DNA from: Dehalococcoidia bacterium
Lineage (GTDB): Bacteria > Chloroflexota > Dehalococcoidia > Lucifugimonadales > Lucifugimonadaceae
DNA length: 64,000 nucleotides
Assembly: GCA_963664695.1 (NCBI GenBank)
Contig: OY761543.1
Location: 957,799 to 1,021,798, forward strand
Direction: 5' to 3'
Shown in pieces: positions 28,981 through 39,800 of this stretch. The notes beneath the pieces were generated by a model. It saw only the letters and a list, made by a program, of their open reading frames with translations. It was not told the origin of the DNA and did no database searches. The translations under genes and the position numbers were made by a program. Within the stretch, counting starts at the first letter, position 1. Every line of letters begins with the position of its first letter.

Positions 28981-29940
28981 ATGCCCGAGCCTAAACTCGA
29001 ACGCGCGACTATCCGAGTGCCTGCGACAAGCGCAAACCTCGGACCCGGTTTCGATTGCATCGGCGTGGCGGTCGATCTCTGGAACGAGACCAACGTCACT
29101 TTCGGCAGGTCCTCAATTGCGATCTCCGGCGAAGGTTCAGATTCGCTACCGAGGGACGAAAGTAATCTAGTCGTTTCGAGCGCCCGTCGAACATTTCGGG
29201 AACTTGGAGTCGACCCGATGCCATTGGCGTTCGATTGCCACAACAACATCCCGCTGGCCCGCGGTTTAGGTTCGTCATCTGCGGCCACAGTTACTGGCAT
29301 CGCCGCCGCATTCGCATTCGCTGGGATTGATATCGCGGATGCAGAATCTCAGCGGCGTATCTTCACCATCGCCGCCGATATCGAAGGTCATCCGGACAAT
29401 GTCTCGCCGGCCGTTTATGGAGGCTGCCAAATCGGCTTCAACGTTGATGACGGTTGCCCAGACAGCAGCTGGATTGTCAGCCGCGTCAATATCGCCGACG
29501 AGTTGAAGACCGTGGTGTTCGTGCCGGATTTCACGATGGCGACCAAGGAAGCCCGCGGTATATTGCCCAACATGGTACCGCGTTCTGACGCCGTATTCAA
29601 TGTTGGTCGAGCTGCCATGCTGGTTCACGCACTCGAAACGCGCCAATGGCCGCTTCTACGACACGCCACCGATGACCGATTGCATCAACCGCAACGCATC
29701 GAAAAACTGTTCCCAAGATTCCGGCCCATCGCGCGCGGCGCCCTCGATGCCGGCGCGCACGGCGTATTTCTTTCCGGTGCCGGACCGACTGTCATGGCAC
29801 TAGCTACCGATCGTTTCATGACGATCTGTTATGAAATGTCAGAAAACGCGAGGAAGGCGCAGATCGTTGGAAAGGCATTGATTCTCGACATCTCACACGA
29901 AGGGATGCGGATTGAATCCCAATGCGAACATGACAGTTGA
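28981..29940 (+). CDS. thrB: Homoserine kinase ThrB (GHMP kinase)
   Basis: The 319-aa ORF has VPATSANLGPGFD and the GHMP motif PLARGLGSSSAA. Confidence 0.88.
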   Translation: MPEPKLERATIRVPATSANLGPGFDCIGVAVDLWNETNVTFGRSSIAISGEGSDSLPRDESNLVVSSARRTFRELGVDPMPLAFDCHNNIPLARGLGSSSAATVTGIAAAFAFAGIDIADAESQRRIFTIAADIEGHPDNVSPAVYGGCQIGFNVDDGCPDSSWIVSRVNIADELKTVVFVPDFTMATKEARGILPNMVPRSDAVFNVGRAAMLVHALETRQWPLLRHATDDRLHQPQRIEKLFPRFRPIARGALDAGAHGVFLSGAGPTVMALATDRFMTICYEMSENARKAQIVGKALILDISHEGMRIESQCEHDS

Positions 29941-31192
29941 TTTCGAAATGCCGCAAACGAAGCAAGTCGTAGTCCAAAAATTCGGTGGCAGTTCGTTAGC
30001 CACCGAAGAACTACTGCGAAACGTAGCCAAACGAGTTGCCGCGCGCCGCGAGCAAGGTGCCGATCTCGTTGTTTGTGTCTCCGCCATGGGCGACACAACC
30101 GATGAACTCCTGAATCTCGCACATCGTCTGTCCGGCGACTATTCACCTAGCCCGCGTGAAACAGACGCGCTGATATCAACCGGAGAGCTGGTGAGCGCAT
30201 CGTTGATGGGCATCGCAATCCGAGGTTTAGGTTACGATGCCATTAGCCTCAGCGGTCGGCAAGCAGGCATTCAGACCGATGAAACCTTCGGTTCAGCGCG
30301 CATCGCCAACATCGAACCTGCCCGCGTGCTTCGGGAAATTCAACGTGGACGAATTGTTGTTGTCGCCGGATTCCAAGGCCTCACACCCGCCGACGACACG
30401 ACCACACTTGGACGCGGCGCATCAGATTTGACCGCCGTAGCAATGGCGGCATCGATCAACGCAGACGTTTGCGAAATATATACCGATGTCGACGGCATCC
30501 TAACCGCTGACCCGCGCCTTGTGCCGGACGCCAGAGTCATACCCCGTATCGGTTACGAAGAGATGCTAGAAATGGCGTCTCTTGGCGCAAAGATGAACCC
30601 TCGATCGATCGAGATGGCGTCGGTGCACAAGGTTCCGATGCTCATCACTTCTTCCTTCAACTCGCACGCTGCGGGAACTAAAATCGGCAATTTTGAGGAA
30701 AAAAACAGCAACATGGAGATTCGAAAGAGCATCACCAGCATCGCAACTGAGCGTTCCGTCGCCCGCGTCACGGTACACGGAATCGCAGACCGCCCCGGTA
30801 TCGCTGCGGCGATCATGATGCCGCTCGCAGAGGCGGGCATCAGCATCGACGTTATCGTCCAAAACGTTTCATCTCACGGGCTCACCGACATGTCGTTCAC
30901 GGTGGGCCAAGAGTACCTGCAAAGAGTCGCTGAGATAACTTCGCAAAACACCGAAGTGGGTTACAGCGATATTGCGACGCGGGATGGACTTGCCAAAGTC
31001 AGCGTCGTTGGAACAGGTATGACCAACTCGCCGGGATACGCAGCTCGCATGTTCCGGGCACTCGCCGACGCTAATGTAAACATCGAGATGATTACGACTT
31101 CAGAGATTCGCATCACGTGCATCGTCGACCAGGAACACGTGGCCACGGCCGCGAGGGCGTTACACTCTGAATTTGAACTGGAAGCGGATTGA
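29912..31192 (+). CDS. lysC: Aspartate kinase with two ACT domains
   Basis: The 426-aa ORF has VVQKFGGSSLA, YTDVDGILTADPR and C-terminal ACT repeats. The start is uncertain: TTG 29912, ATG 29930 or ATG 29948. The first two overlap the thrB stop. Confidence 0.92.
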   Translation: MNPNANMTVDFEMPQTKQVVVQKFGGSSLATEELLRNVAKRVAARREQGADLVVCVSAMGDTTDELLNLAHRLSGDYSPSPRETDALISTGELVSASLMGIAIRGLGYDAISLSGRQAGIQTDETFGSARIANIEPARVLREIQRGRIVVVAGFQGLTPADDTTTLGRGASDLTAVAMAASINADVCEIYTDVDGILTADPRLVPDARVIPRIGYEEMLEMASLGAKMNPRSIEMASVHKVPMLITSSFNSHAAGTKIGNFEEKNSNMEIRKSITSIATERSVARVTVHGIADRPGIAAAIMMPLAEAGISIDVIVQNVSSHGLTDMSFTVGQEYLQRVAEITSQNTEVGYSDIATRDGLAKVSVVGTGMTNSPGYAARMFRALADANVNIEMITTSEIRITCIVDQEHVATAARALHSEFELEAD

Positions 31193-31211
31193 GAATCATA
31201 CGGATCATTTG

Positions 31212-31975
31212 ATGCCACAGACACGAGCACAAGGAATCCGCGTCGTCGGCAGGTTCGACAATCACGTTACGGTCGCCGTCGTTATCCCAACTTTCAATGA
31301 AGCCGAAAACATTAAAACTATCGTCCAAAAGCTCATCGACTTAGAGATCGACAACCTAGGCATCCTGTTCGTGGACGATTCATCTCCTGACGGAACCGGC
31401 GAGATCGCTGACGGTCTTGCGGACGAACACCCTGGACGGATCTTGGTGGCTCATCGGGGCGGCAAACTGGGATTGGGAACCGCATACATTGCCGGATTCA
31501 AGATTGCATTAAACGCGGGTGCTTCGCGCATCGTTCAAATGGATTGCGACTTGTCGCATCCTCCCGCCGAGGTACCTCGTATGATCGAATTGCTTCAATG
31601 CGCCGATGTCGTTGTTGGGACTCGGTACAGCGATGGTGGTGCGGTGGACCCGAGTTGGAAGAAGTCACGGGTGCTCCTTAGCAAATGGGCAAATTACGGT
31701 ATCCGAGCCATTTTGGGACTGAAGATTCACGACGCTACGGTGGTTTCAAGGCGTTCAACCGCAACGCCCTTGAAGCCATAGATCTTGACCGGCTCACCAT
31801 CACCGGTTTTGGGTTCCAAGCTGAGGTAGCCCATCGGACGCAGCGAAACGGATTGACCGTCGTCGAACATCCATTCACATTCCTGGAACGGACGGCTGGC
31901 AAGTCCAAAATGTCACTACAGATCGCCATCGAGGCTTTTTGGCGTTTAACTTTGCTGAGATTCAAGGCAAATTAA
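31212..31975 (+). pseudogene. Polyprenol-monophosphomannose / dolichol-P-mannose synthase-like GT2, interrupted by a 1-nt frameshift near 31737-31741
   Basis: ORF 31173-31781 encodes VVIPTFNEAENI...VDDSSPDGT...MDCDLSHPP...LGLKIHDAT. ORF 31685-31975, in the other frame, continues with GGFKAFNRNALEAIDL...FQAEV...FLERTAGKSKMS. Together they form one colinear GT2. One extra G after ACG at 31737-31739 would restore ...HDATGGFKAF.... Confidence 0.75.
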
Positions 31976-32089
31976 ACTGGATAACGCGTGGATCACGTTT
32001 TCATTTGCATCAACAGTCGTGCCGTATGAGAATTGACTCGTTCGCTCTTCTAACGAATTTCCTAGGAACCCGACGCCATCATCAGAACA

Positions 32090-33112
32090 ATGATCACACC
32101 TGACTTCACCATCATCGGAGAGAACATTCACTGCACCCGCGTCGTGAAACGAGGCGGCATTAGGGGGCATGTCTTCGATGACGGTTCGGAGGCGGTTAAG
32201 TATCGAGTCGACGGCGAAACCCGTTTCGTGCGTGTGCCCGAATCTTTCGAGAAGACACAACCCTACCAACAGGGCAATCTGAAGCACTTCATGATCGCCA
32301 TATGGAAGGGTGTCAACTGCGACGGAGCCGAAGCCGCCGAGGGTGAAGCGTATATCAAGCACGAAGTCGAAAGACAATCGAAGGCCGGATCGGCATATTT
32401 GGATCTTAACGTCGACGAACTTTCCCATCGTATCGGCGAACAGATCGAAGCGATGCAGTGGCTCGTCGAATTCGTTCAGTCGGTCGCCGATATCCCACCC
32501 AGCATCGATTCGTCGAACTCTGAAATAATCCAAGCCGGGTTAGAGGCTTACGACAGGTCCGCAGGACGCCCGATGGTCAATTCCGTCGCGTTGGAACGGC
32601 TGGATACCCTCGATCTGATTGCGGAGCACGACGCGAAGTGCATTATCTCCGCGGCTTCGGAGAGCGGCATGCCGGAAAATGCTGACGAGCGACTCGAAAA
32701 CGCCACCCGCGTCGTCGACGCCGCGAGCGACCGAGGTGTCGCCTACGGGGACATGTATATTGATCCCCTGTTTTTTCCAGTTTCCGTTGACAAGGCATAC
32801 GGCCCTCATGCTCTCGAAGCAGTCACAAAGCTCCGAAATCGTTTTGGCAACGATGTCCACATCACGGGCGGAATGAGTAACGTTTCCTTTGGGCTACCCA
32901 AACGTGCCCTAGTCAACGAGACGTTCGTAAAGCTGGTTGTTGAAGCCGGGGCGGATTCAGGTATCATCGACCCTATCCAGGTCAAGATCGACCGCGCGAT
33001 GAACCTCGACATGGATTCCCCGCGCGTTAAATACGCAATCAACCTGCTTGAAGGCCGCGACGACTTCGCGATGGACTACATCTCGGCGTTCCGAAACGGC
33101 GAACTGGATTGA
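32090..33112 (+). CDS. Pterin-binding (DHPS-like) methyltetrahydrofolate:corrinoid/cobalamin methyltransferase family protein
   Basis: The 340-aa ORF has IGENIHC, YLDLNVDE, SIDSSN, MVNSVA and GGMSNVSFGLP. These match the conserved strand ends of the MetH/AcsE/MtrH pterin-binding barrel. Confidence 0.65.
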   Translation: MITPDFTIIGENIHCTRVVKRGGIRGHVFDDGSEAVKYRVDGETRFVRVPESFEKTQPYQQGNLKHFMIAIWKGVNCDGAEAAEGEAYIKHEVERQSKAGSAYLDLNVDELSHRIGEQIEAMQWLVEFVQSVADIPPSIDSSNSEIIQAGLEAYDRSAGRPMVNSVALERLDTLDLIAEHDAKCIISAASESGMPENADERLENATRVVDAASDRGVAYGDMYIDPLFFPVSVDKAYGPHALEAVTKLRNRFGNDVHITGGMSNVSFGLPKRALVNETFVKLVVEAGADSGIIDPIQVKIDRAMNLDMDSPRVKYAINLLEGRDDFAMDYISAFRNGELD

Positions 33113-33173
33113 TCGGACGTAAATCCGCGTCCACAACACGATAGCTGACCTCGGTCTCGTAGAGACTGCAATT

Positions 33174-34151
33174 TTGGCAACAGCTGAAAAACCTTCTCTG
33201 TTCGTCCGATCATTCGGGTTTGTGCGTCATGCATTCTGGTTCGTCTACCACAACGTCAATGACTTCATGTCGGTCAACGGACACTATTTGGCTGCCGCCA
33301 TCGCGTTCTATGCTTTTCTCTCGATCTTCCCTCTGTCGATTGCCTTGATCACCCTTTGGCGCTTCGTCGTCGGTTTAGAGGGTTTCGAAGACCGCCTAAT
33401 CAATGGCATCGTAAACCAGATCCCTGTTCTAGCCGAAACCGATGGCCCATCATTCGTAGAACGATTTGTTCAGAACGTGAGTAACGATCCGGCCGTGACG
33501 TCTAGCTTGACGGGATTGACCTTGTTCATAGCAGGCATGGGTGTTTTCGGCTCGATTCGCAAAAGCGTCAACGTTATCTGGGGCATACAACGTCCCCGCC
33601 CTTTCTTGATTGAACGCGCGATCGACTTCGTGATGATGGTGGTCGCGTCTTCACTCCTCTTTCTGTCGCTTCTGCTGTCGGCGGTGTTTTCATTCATTCA
33701 GGAACTCGCACAACTGCTTACCCCCGAACGCGCGCCGTTCGATCAGTGGTTCCTCGTCGTCGCAGGTTATGTGATACCTTCGGCGATCACATTCTTGGTC
33801 TTCATCGTGGTCTACTGGTGGTTGCCGAACACGAAGGTCAAGTTTGCTGATATCTTGGGTGTTGGCGTCTTGACCACGATTGCATTCGAAATCGCAAAAT
33901 ACGTCTTCATTTTCTTCCTCCGCAACTCGGGAGGGCTGTTGGCATCGATCTACGGTAGCATCAGCACCATAATGATGTTTTTCCTGTTCGTCTATGTCGA
34001 GTCGATCATCCTTCTTGCAGGTGCGATGTTCTCCGCCAAATGGTCGAATCATCTACGCGTCGATGATCAACGACGCCAGAACCGATTATTGATAAACAAT
34101 CTTCAGCGGATAAACGATTCTGATCGATTGGCATTCTTGCCGGAGAGTTGA
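33174..34151 (+). CDS. YihY/BrkB (virulence factor BrkB / former 'RNase BN') family membrane protein, paralogue 1
   Basis: The 325-aa ORF has the signature YLAAAIAFYAFLSIFPL and about 6 TM segments. It uses a TTG start. Confidence 0.8.
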   Translation: MATAEKPSLFVRSFGFVRHAFWFVYHNVNDFMSVNGHYLAAAIAFYAFLSIFPLSIALITLWRFVVGLEGFEDRLINGIVNQIPVLAETDGPSFVERFVQNVSNDPAVTSSLTGLTLFIAGMGVFGSIRKSVNVIWGIQRPRPFLIERAIDFVMMVVASSLLFLSLLLSAVFSFIQELAQLLTPERAPFDQWFLVVAGYVIPSAITFLVFIVVYWWLPNTKVKFADILGVGVLTTIAFEIAKYVFIFFLRNSGGLLASIYGSISTIMMFFLFVYVESIILLAGAMFSAKWSNHLRVDDQRRQNRLLINNLQRINDSDRLAFLPES

Positions 34152-35185
34152 GACCGCGGGTCGTGTTGCACATACCCACCGTAGATAGGATCGACGAACT
34201 ACGCCGACGCGGCGCTTCGTTCCTCGGTGACCTCGTTGCGACGGTTCGCGTTATTGAACGCCTAGCGGCACCGGTGATTCAGCTAGTCAGGGAATTCGTC
34301 GCTTACAAAGCGCACTTCCTTGCAGCAGCGATCGCGTTCTACACCTTTTTGTCGCTGTTGCCGCTGACAATCGCCATGATTACGGTAATCCACCTGACGA
34401 TCGGCGAGGGGGAATTCCATGAATTACTGCATGATGCCATCCTGACACAGATACCTGTGCTCAGCGAGGCGGCATCCGGACCATCCTTCGTCGAGGATTT
34501 CATTACTCATGCGGTCACTAACTCGGCGCTAACATCTGGCCTCGGTGGACTTGTGCTTTTCATTTCTACTTTGGGCGTTTTCTCAGCGGTTCGCCAGAGC
34601 ATCAACATCGTGTGGGGAATCGAACGGCGCCGGAGTTTTTTCATGCAGCGGGTGGTTGAGGTCGCGTTGATGTTGATCGCGAGTCTGTTGTTGCTAACAT
34701 CCTTCGTCGTCTTCACCGTGTTTTCATTCCTAGAAGAGATCGCGGTTTTCTTTGCTTTCGAAACCGAGACGATCCGATATTCATTGTTCGAGATTGTAGG
34801 AATCGTATTGCCGTGGGCCATCACATACACGGTTTTGACGTTCATCTACGCGTGGGTACCAAACACCAAGACGCACATCAAAGCGATCCTGCCCATCGCA
34901 CTCGTCGCGACCGTCGCTTTTGAAGTCGTGAAGCATGTTTTTGCTGTTTACCTGCAACTTAACGCTGGACATCTTCTCTCGATTTACGGCAGTCTCGCGG
35001 CTTTGATGATGTTCTTCATCTTCGTCTACGTCGAAGCAATCATCGTGCTCGCCGGCGCCATGTTGTGCGCCAAGTGGACCGAATACCTCAAAACCCGCAA
35101 TCAACAGCGGTTGTTCGATCCTCAGGAGTTCAGGATGCAACGTTTCGCAGCGCGGTTACGCCTGATCCGAGGTGCCAAACCGTAA
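34148..35185 (+). CDS. YihY/BrkB family membrane protein, paralogue 2
   Basis: The 345-aa ORF has FLAAAIAFYTFLSLLPL and is colinear with the preceding gene. It overlaps that gene by 4 nt. Confidence 0.8.
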   Translation: MRPRVVLHIPTVDRIDELRRRGASFLGDLVATVRVIERLAAPVIQLVREFVAYKAHFLAAAIAFYTFLSLLPLTIAMITVIHLTIGEGEFHELLHDAILTQIPVLSEAASGPSFVEDFITHAVTNSALTSGLGGLVLFISTLGVFSAVRQSINIVWGIERRRSFFMQRVVEVALMLIASLLLLTSFVVFTVFSFLEEIAVFFAFETETIRYSLFEIVGIVLPWAITYTVLTFIYAWVPNTKTHIKAILPIALVATVAFEVVKHVFAVYLQLNAGHLLSIYGSLAALMMFFIFVYVEAIIVLAGAMLCAKWTEYLKTRNQQRLFDPQEFRMQRFAARLRLIRGAKP

Positions 35186-35195
35186 GCATCCGCGC

Positions 35196-36218
35196 CTAAT
35201 TTGCCAAATCGTCGGCGAAGGTGAAAAGTGCTGGCAAGCCGCCGGTATGCAGAAACACGACGGATTCCTCTGGAGAAACGCTGCCCGTCCGGATGTCGTC
35301 GAGGAGTGCCGCCATCACCGTTCCGGTGTAGTTGGGGTCCAGAATGATGGCATCGGTCTGCGCGGCCAGGCGAATCGCATCGGCGACCTCGGGTGTCATG
35401 AGACCGTAACCTTCACCGACGAATTGATCCAGAACGCGCATGTCCTCCTCGGCGAATGTCATGGGAAGGTCGAGGAAGCCTCGAATATCTTCGACATGCT
35501 GAAAGATGTAGTCGTCCAAGGGCATGTCGTAATTCACCGTGACGCCGGTGAAACGCCAATCTAATCCTAGATTCTTAGCGGCCAAGATGAGTCCGCACAA
35601 AGAACGTCCCGCGACGCCGTAAATGTGAACTTGCTGCAGCCTTAGTTCCTCGATCTGGCTCAACAACTCCAAGCCGCACCGAACGAAGCCCACCATGCCA
35701 ACCACTCGCGGGAAGAGGTGTTCTTGCAACAGGTAAACCTTGGCACCGTCTGATTCCAACTTTTCCTTCAACTTGGCGGCATATCCGTCGGCGTCTTCAG
35801 ATTGAAACTGATCGAGCAGATGCATTTCTGCACCCAACAGTTTGTCAATCAAAAGGTTGCCTTGGACTTTCCGATTTGCTGCATTTTTCAACACCAACAC
35901 ATACCGCAAACCGGATTTGTTGGCCGCCGCGGCCGTCATGCGGGCGTTGTTCGAGTGATAGTCCATGATGTTGATCAAGGTGTCATAACCTGCATCAACA
36001 ATGTGAGGCATCTCAAATTCATAGTGCCGAGCCTTGTTGCCACCGAACGCCAACCCAGTCATGTCCTCTCGCTTCACATAGATCGGTGGAACCACGTACC
36101 CATCCTCGGTCAACCGTTCACGCAATCGCGGCATCTCCTCTAAAGGAGTCGGGGTGTGGGCGATGTCGACGCGCGGTAGGGCGTCGACTCTAGCGGCAAA
36201 TTCTTCGCGTGTGAGCAT
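35196..36218 (-). CDS. PLP-dependent ACC deaminase / D-cysteine desulfhydrase family enzyme
   Basis: It has HTPTPLEE and YVKREDMTGLAFGGNKARHYEF (the PLP lysine in the GGNK context). I prefer ATG 36218 (MLTREEF...), which removes the overlap with the upstream gene that the longer ORF (to 36344) would create. Confidence 0.8.
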   Translation of the reverse strand: MLTREEFAARVDALPRVDIAHTPTPLEEMPRLRERLTEDGYVVPPIYVKREDMTGLAFGGNKARHYEFEMPHIVDAGYDTLINIMDYHSNNARMTAAAANKSGLRYVLVLKNAANRKVQGNLLIDKLLGAEMHLLDQFQSEDADGYAAKLKEKLESDGAKVYLLQEHLFPRVVGMVGFVRCGLELLSQIEELRLQQVHIYGVAGRSLCGLILAAKNLGLDWRFTGVTVNYDMPLDDYIFQHVEDIRGFLDLPMTFAEEDMRVLDQFVGEGYGLMTPEVADAIRLAAQTDAIILDPNYTGTVMAALLDDIRTGSVSPEESVVFLHTGGLPALFTFADDLAN

Positions 36219-36265
36219 GGTGTTCGAAATGATAATGTCGATTCGACGCACGCGGTTCTGCGAGA

Positions 36266-36802
36266 CTACATGTCTCTGCCGTAATATCCCGAAGCCCGTG
36301 CCCAGCGATCGGAAACTTGAGCCGCGACGACCTCGCCGGTACAAGTGGTAGTCCCATCATCACTGACCAACTCCACCTGCAATTTGGTTCGTCGTCGTTC
36401 TAAGCCGACAACTTTCGCCCTGACAGTGAAAGGCATCGACAACGGCGTTGGTTTCAAATATTCCACATGCAATGAAGCTGTTGCGTACCACAATAGCGGA
36501 CGTTTGCCGTCGCCGGCAAATCGATTAGCTCGCCGGTAGGCGTCAGCGATCGCCGTACACACCGAGTGGCAATCCATGACCGCGGCGATGATGCCACCGT
36601 TGACAATGTCGTGGGGCATCGCGGCGTGATGGGGCTGTGGCACGAATCGACATACAGAAATGTCCCCTTCCCAACTCGATTTAATGTTCAGTCCGTGCTC
36701 GTTCCACGCACCACAACCAAAACAGGAATTTCCGATCAACCCATCTTGAACGAACTCTGGTGGGGAAGGAAGATTGGGGATCGCATCGACGGCGCTCGTC
36801 AA
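36266..36802 (-). CDS. PaaI-type hotdog-fold thioesterase
   Basis: The 178-aa ORF has CFGCGAWNEHGL and NGGIIAAVMDCH motifs. Its start overlaps the uvrA stop by 4 nt. Confidence 0.7.
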   Translation of the reverse strand: MTSAVDAIPNLPSPPEFVQDGLIGNSCFGCGAWNEHGLNIKSSWEGDISVCRFVPQPHHAAMPHDIVNGGIIAAVMDCHSVCTAIADAYRRANRFAGDGKRPLLWYATASLHVEYLKPTPLSMPFTVRAKVVGLERRRTKLQVELVSDDGTTTCTGEVVAAQVSDRWARASGYYGRDM

Positions 36803-39800
36803 CTTCTTCGACCTGCTGTCCGCCGTCGGCGTCGCCGACCTCTTGTCCTTGCGCCATTCCTCGATGGTTTAGGCGCAACACCCAGATCTGGGTGCTCATC
36901 CAAGATATCGGCGATCTTGATTTCGGTGCGACCGTTGGTAAGTTCCGCGTCGTGCACACCATTGACTCCGGACTCGGATACATCCGATCCCTCTGCAGAT
37001 TCATCTGGCACGATACCGGAGATTTCACGCAAGTACAAGCCTGTATAAGATCGGTCGACCGAGGCTATGAATTCTGGAGTGCCGACTGCGACTAACTCAC
37101 CGCCATCATCGCCCGCATGGGGACCGAGATCGATGATCCAGTCGGCGTTCTTGATTAGGTCGAGGTGGTGCTCGATGAGCAACACGGTATTTCCGTTATC
37201 GACCAATCTATGAAGCACAGTCAAGAGCTTGTCCGCGTCATCGAACGACAATCCAGTTGTCGGCTCATCCAAAATGTACAGCGTCTGGCCGGTGCTCCGT
37301 TTCGACAGCTCCGAAGACAATTTGATCCGTTGTGCTTCACCGCCCGAAAGCGTCGTGGCCGGCTGACCCAGATGTATGTATCCCAGTCCCACGTCAATCA
37401 ACGTTCGGAGCTTGTTGGCGATCGTAGGAATGTTCTCGAATAGCGCGTGCGCCTCAGTGACCGTCATGTTCAACACGTCGGAAATCGATGCGCCCTTGAA
37501 CAATATCTCCAACGCCTCACGGTTGTAACGCGCACCTTCACAAACCTCGCACGGGACCGTCACGTCTGGCAAAAACTGCATTTCGATCTGCGTGTATCCC
37601 GCTCCTGAACACGCTTCGCATCTCCCGCCTCGCACATTGAATGAAAATCGACCCGGCGTGTAGCCACGGGCGCGAGCTTCCGGCATCGACGCAAAGAGAT
37701 CTCTGATGGGTGTGAATACTCCGGTATACGTCGCCGGATTGGACCTGGGTGTTCTTCCAATCGCCGATTGATCGATGTTGATCACCTTGTCAATCAGCGG
37801 CAACCCAAATACGTCGTCGTGGGGACCAGGCCGATCTTTAGCCCGGTAAAAATGCTGAGCCAAACGCTTCAATACGATCTCGTTAACCAAAGTGCTCTTG
37901 CCAGAACCCGAAACTCCAGTCACGCAAACAAACACACCGAGAGGGATCTCAACATTCACATTCTTCAAATTGTTCGCCCGAGCCCCAATTACCTTTAACG
38001 CGGGGTCTCCTTTCTTCCTCCGTTCATTGGGTGTAGCGATTTCCTTCCGACCGCTCAAATACTCCCCAGTGATCGACCTTTCGGCCAACATTATGGCTTC
38101 GATATCGCCTTCCGCCACCACGTGCCCGCCATGTTCGCCAGCGCCGGGACCCAGATCGACGATGTGGTCGGCGGCTCGCATCACTGCTTCGTCGTGCTCC
38201 ACAATCAACACGGTGTTACCAACATCCCGCAAACTCTTCAGCGTCGCGATCAACCGATCGCCGTCATGGGGATGCAATCCGACGGATGGTTCGTCACATA
38301 CGTAGAGCACTCCCATCAGACCGGAACCGATCTGTGTAGCGAGTCGAATCCTCTGTCCTTCGCCACCGGATAACGACCCGGCCGATCGGTCCAAGGTCAA
38401 GTACTCCAGACCGACTCTCGCAAGGAAACCCAACCTCGATTCGATCTCCTTCAGTATCTGATCGGCGATTGAAAGTTCCCGACCCGTCAAAACCTCAGTG
38501 ATCGGTCGTTCGTCGTCAGTCCACTTACCGTTCCGACATGCGTCCACCCATTGCAACGCGGTCGCGACCGATTGCCGCGTGACCTGCATGATGTTCATCC
38601 CCAGCAAAGTAACAGCAAGGGCATCGGGCTTGAGTCGATCTCCATCACAGGTATTGCACCTCCGCTGCGACATGTATCGCTCGATGTCGTTTCGAACGTT
38701 CTCCGACTCGGTGTTCGAATGTCGGCGCTGCAAATTCGGGATTACACCCTCAATCTGCCCCTTCCAACTAAAGACCGCGCCCGACGAAGTCCGATGCGTC
38801 AACTGAACTTTCTTTCGACCCGATCCGTACAGGATCAGCTTCAGATGTTCTGGTTCCAGCTCCGATACCGGTTTGTCCAATGGGACTTGGAAATGTTCGT
38901 TTAATGCGTTCAGCGGCCCCCAAGCCCATTGGGAATTCTTACCATCCCGACTCCAAGGCGCTACTGCCCCGTCCTCGAGTGCGATCGCCTTGTTCGGCAA
39001 CACCAGATCGGGGTCGATCTCCAACCGGTAGCCGATACCGGAGCAATCGGAACATGCGCCGAATGGGGTGTTAAACGAAAAGTTACGCGGTTCCAATTCC
39101 GACATCGAAATGTCGCAATCAGGACAGGCGAACTGTTCAGAATAAGCGATGTCTTGCGATAGATTCTCCTGCTTTTTGCGGCGTCGCTGTTTGTTGATCG
39201 TGCCCGCGGCGACAGCGCTTTTCGCGCCCGACGACAACTCCTCGATCAATCGTTCGGTCGGATTCAGCACGGCAACCGTCAACATTCCCTCAGCGGTCCT
39301 CAACGCCGTCTCGACGGATTGGGTCAAACGCTCGCGCTCCGTCGTGTCTCTCACAATGATCCGGTCAACTACGATCTCGATGTTGTGCCACTTGTTTTTG
39401 TTGAGCGTGATCTCTTCGTTAAGCTCAACTACCTCACCATCGACGCGCGCACGGACGAACCCTGAACGTCGCGCACTCTCGAATATCGCCGTGTGCTCGC
39501 CCTTCTTATGCTTGACCACTGGCGCTAGCAACAACAGGCGGGAGCCTTCATCCAAACGCATTATCGAGTCGACGATCTGTTGCACGGTCTGTCGTTGAAC
39601 GGGTTGGCCACAGTTTCGACAATGGGGGCGACCCGCGCGTGCAAACAATAACCTGAGATAGTCGTATATCTCCGTGACCGTTCCGACCGTCGAGCGAGGA
39701 TTTCTTGAAACGCCCTTCTGATCAATCGAAATCGACGGACTCAATCCATCGATGTGATCTACCTCCGGCTTTTCCAACCGACCCAAAAACTGACGCGCGT

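Noticed and set aside
31946-32533. A 195-aa minus-strand ORF lies opposite the pterin-binding methyltransferase gene.
   Set aside because: It overlaps a well-supported plus-strand gene and has no recognisable motifs.
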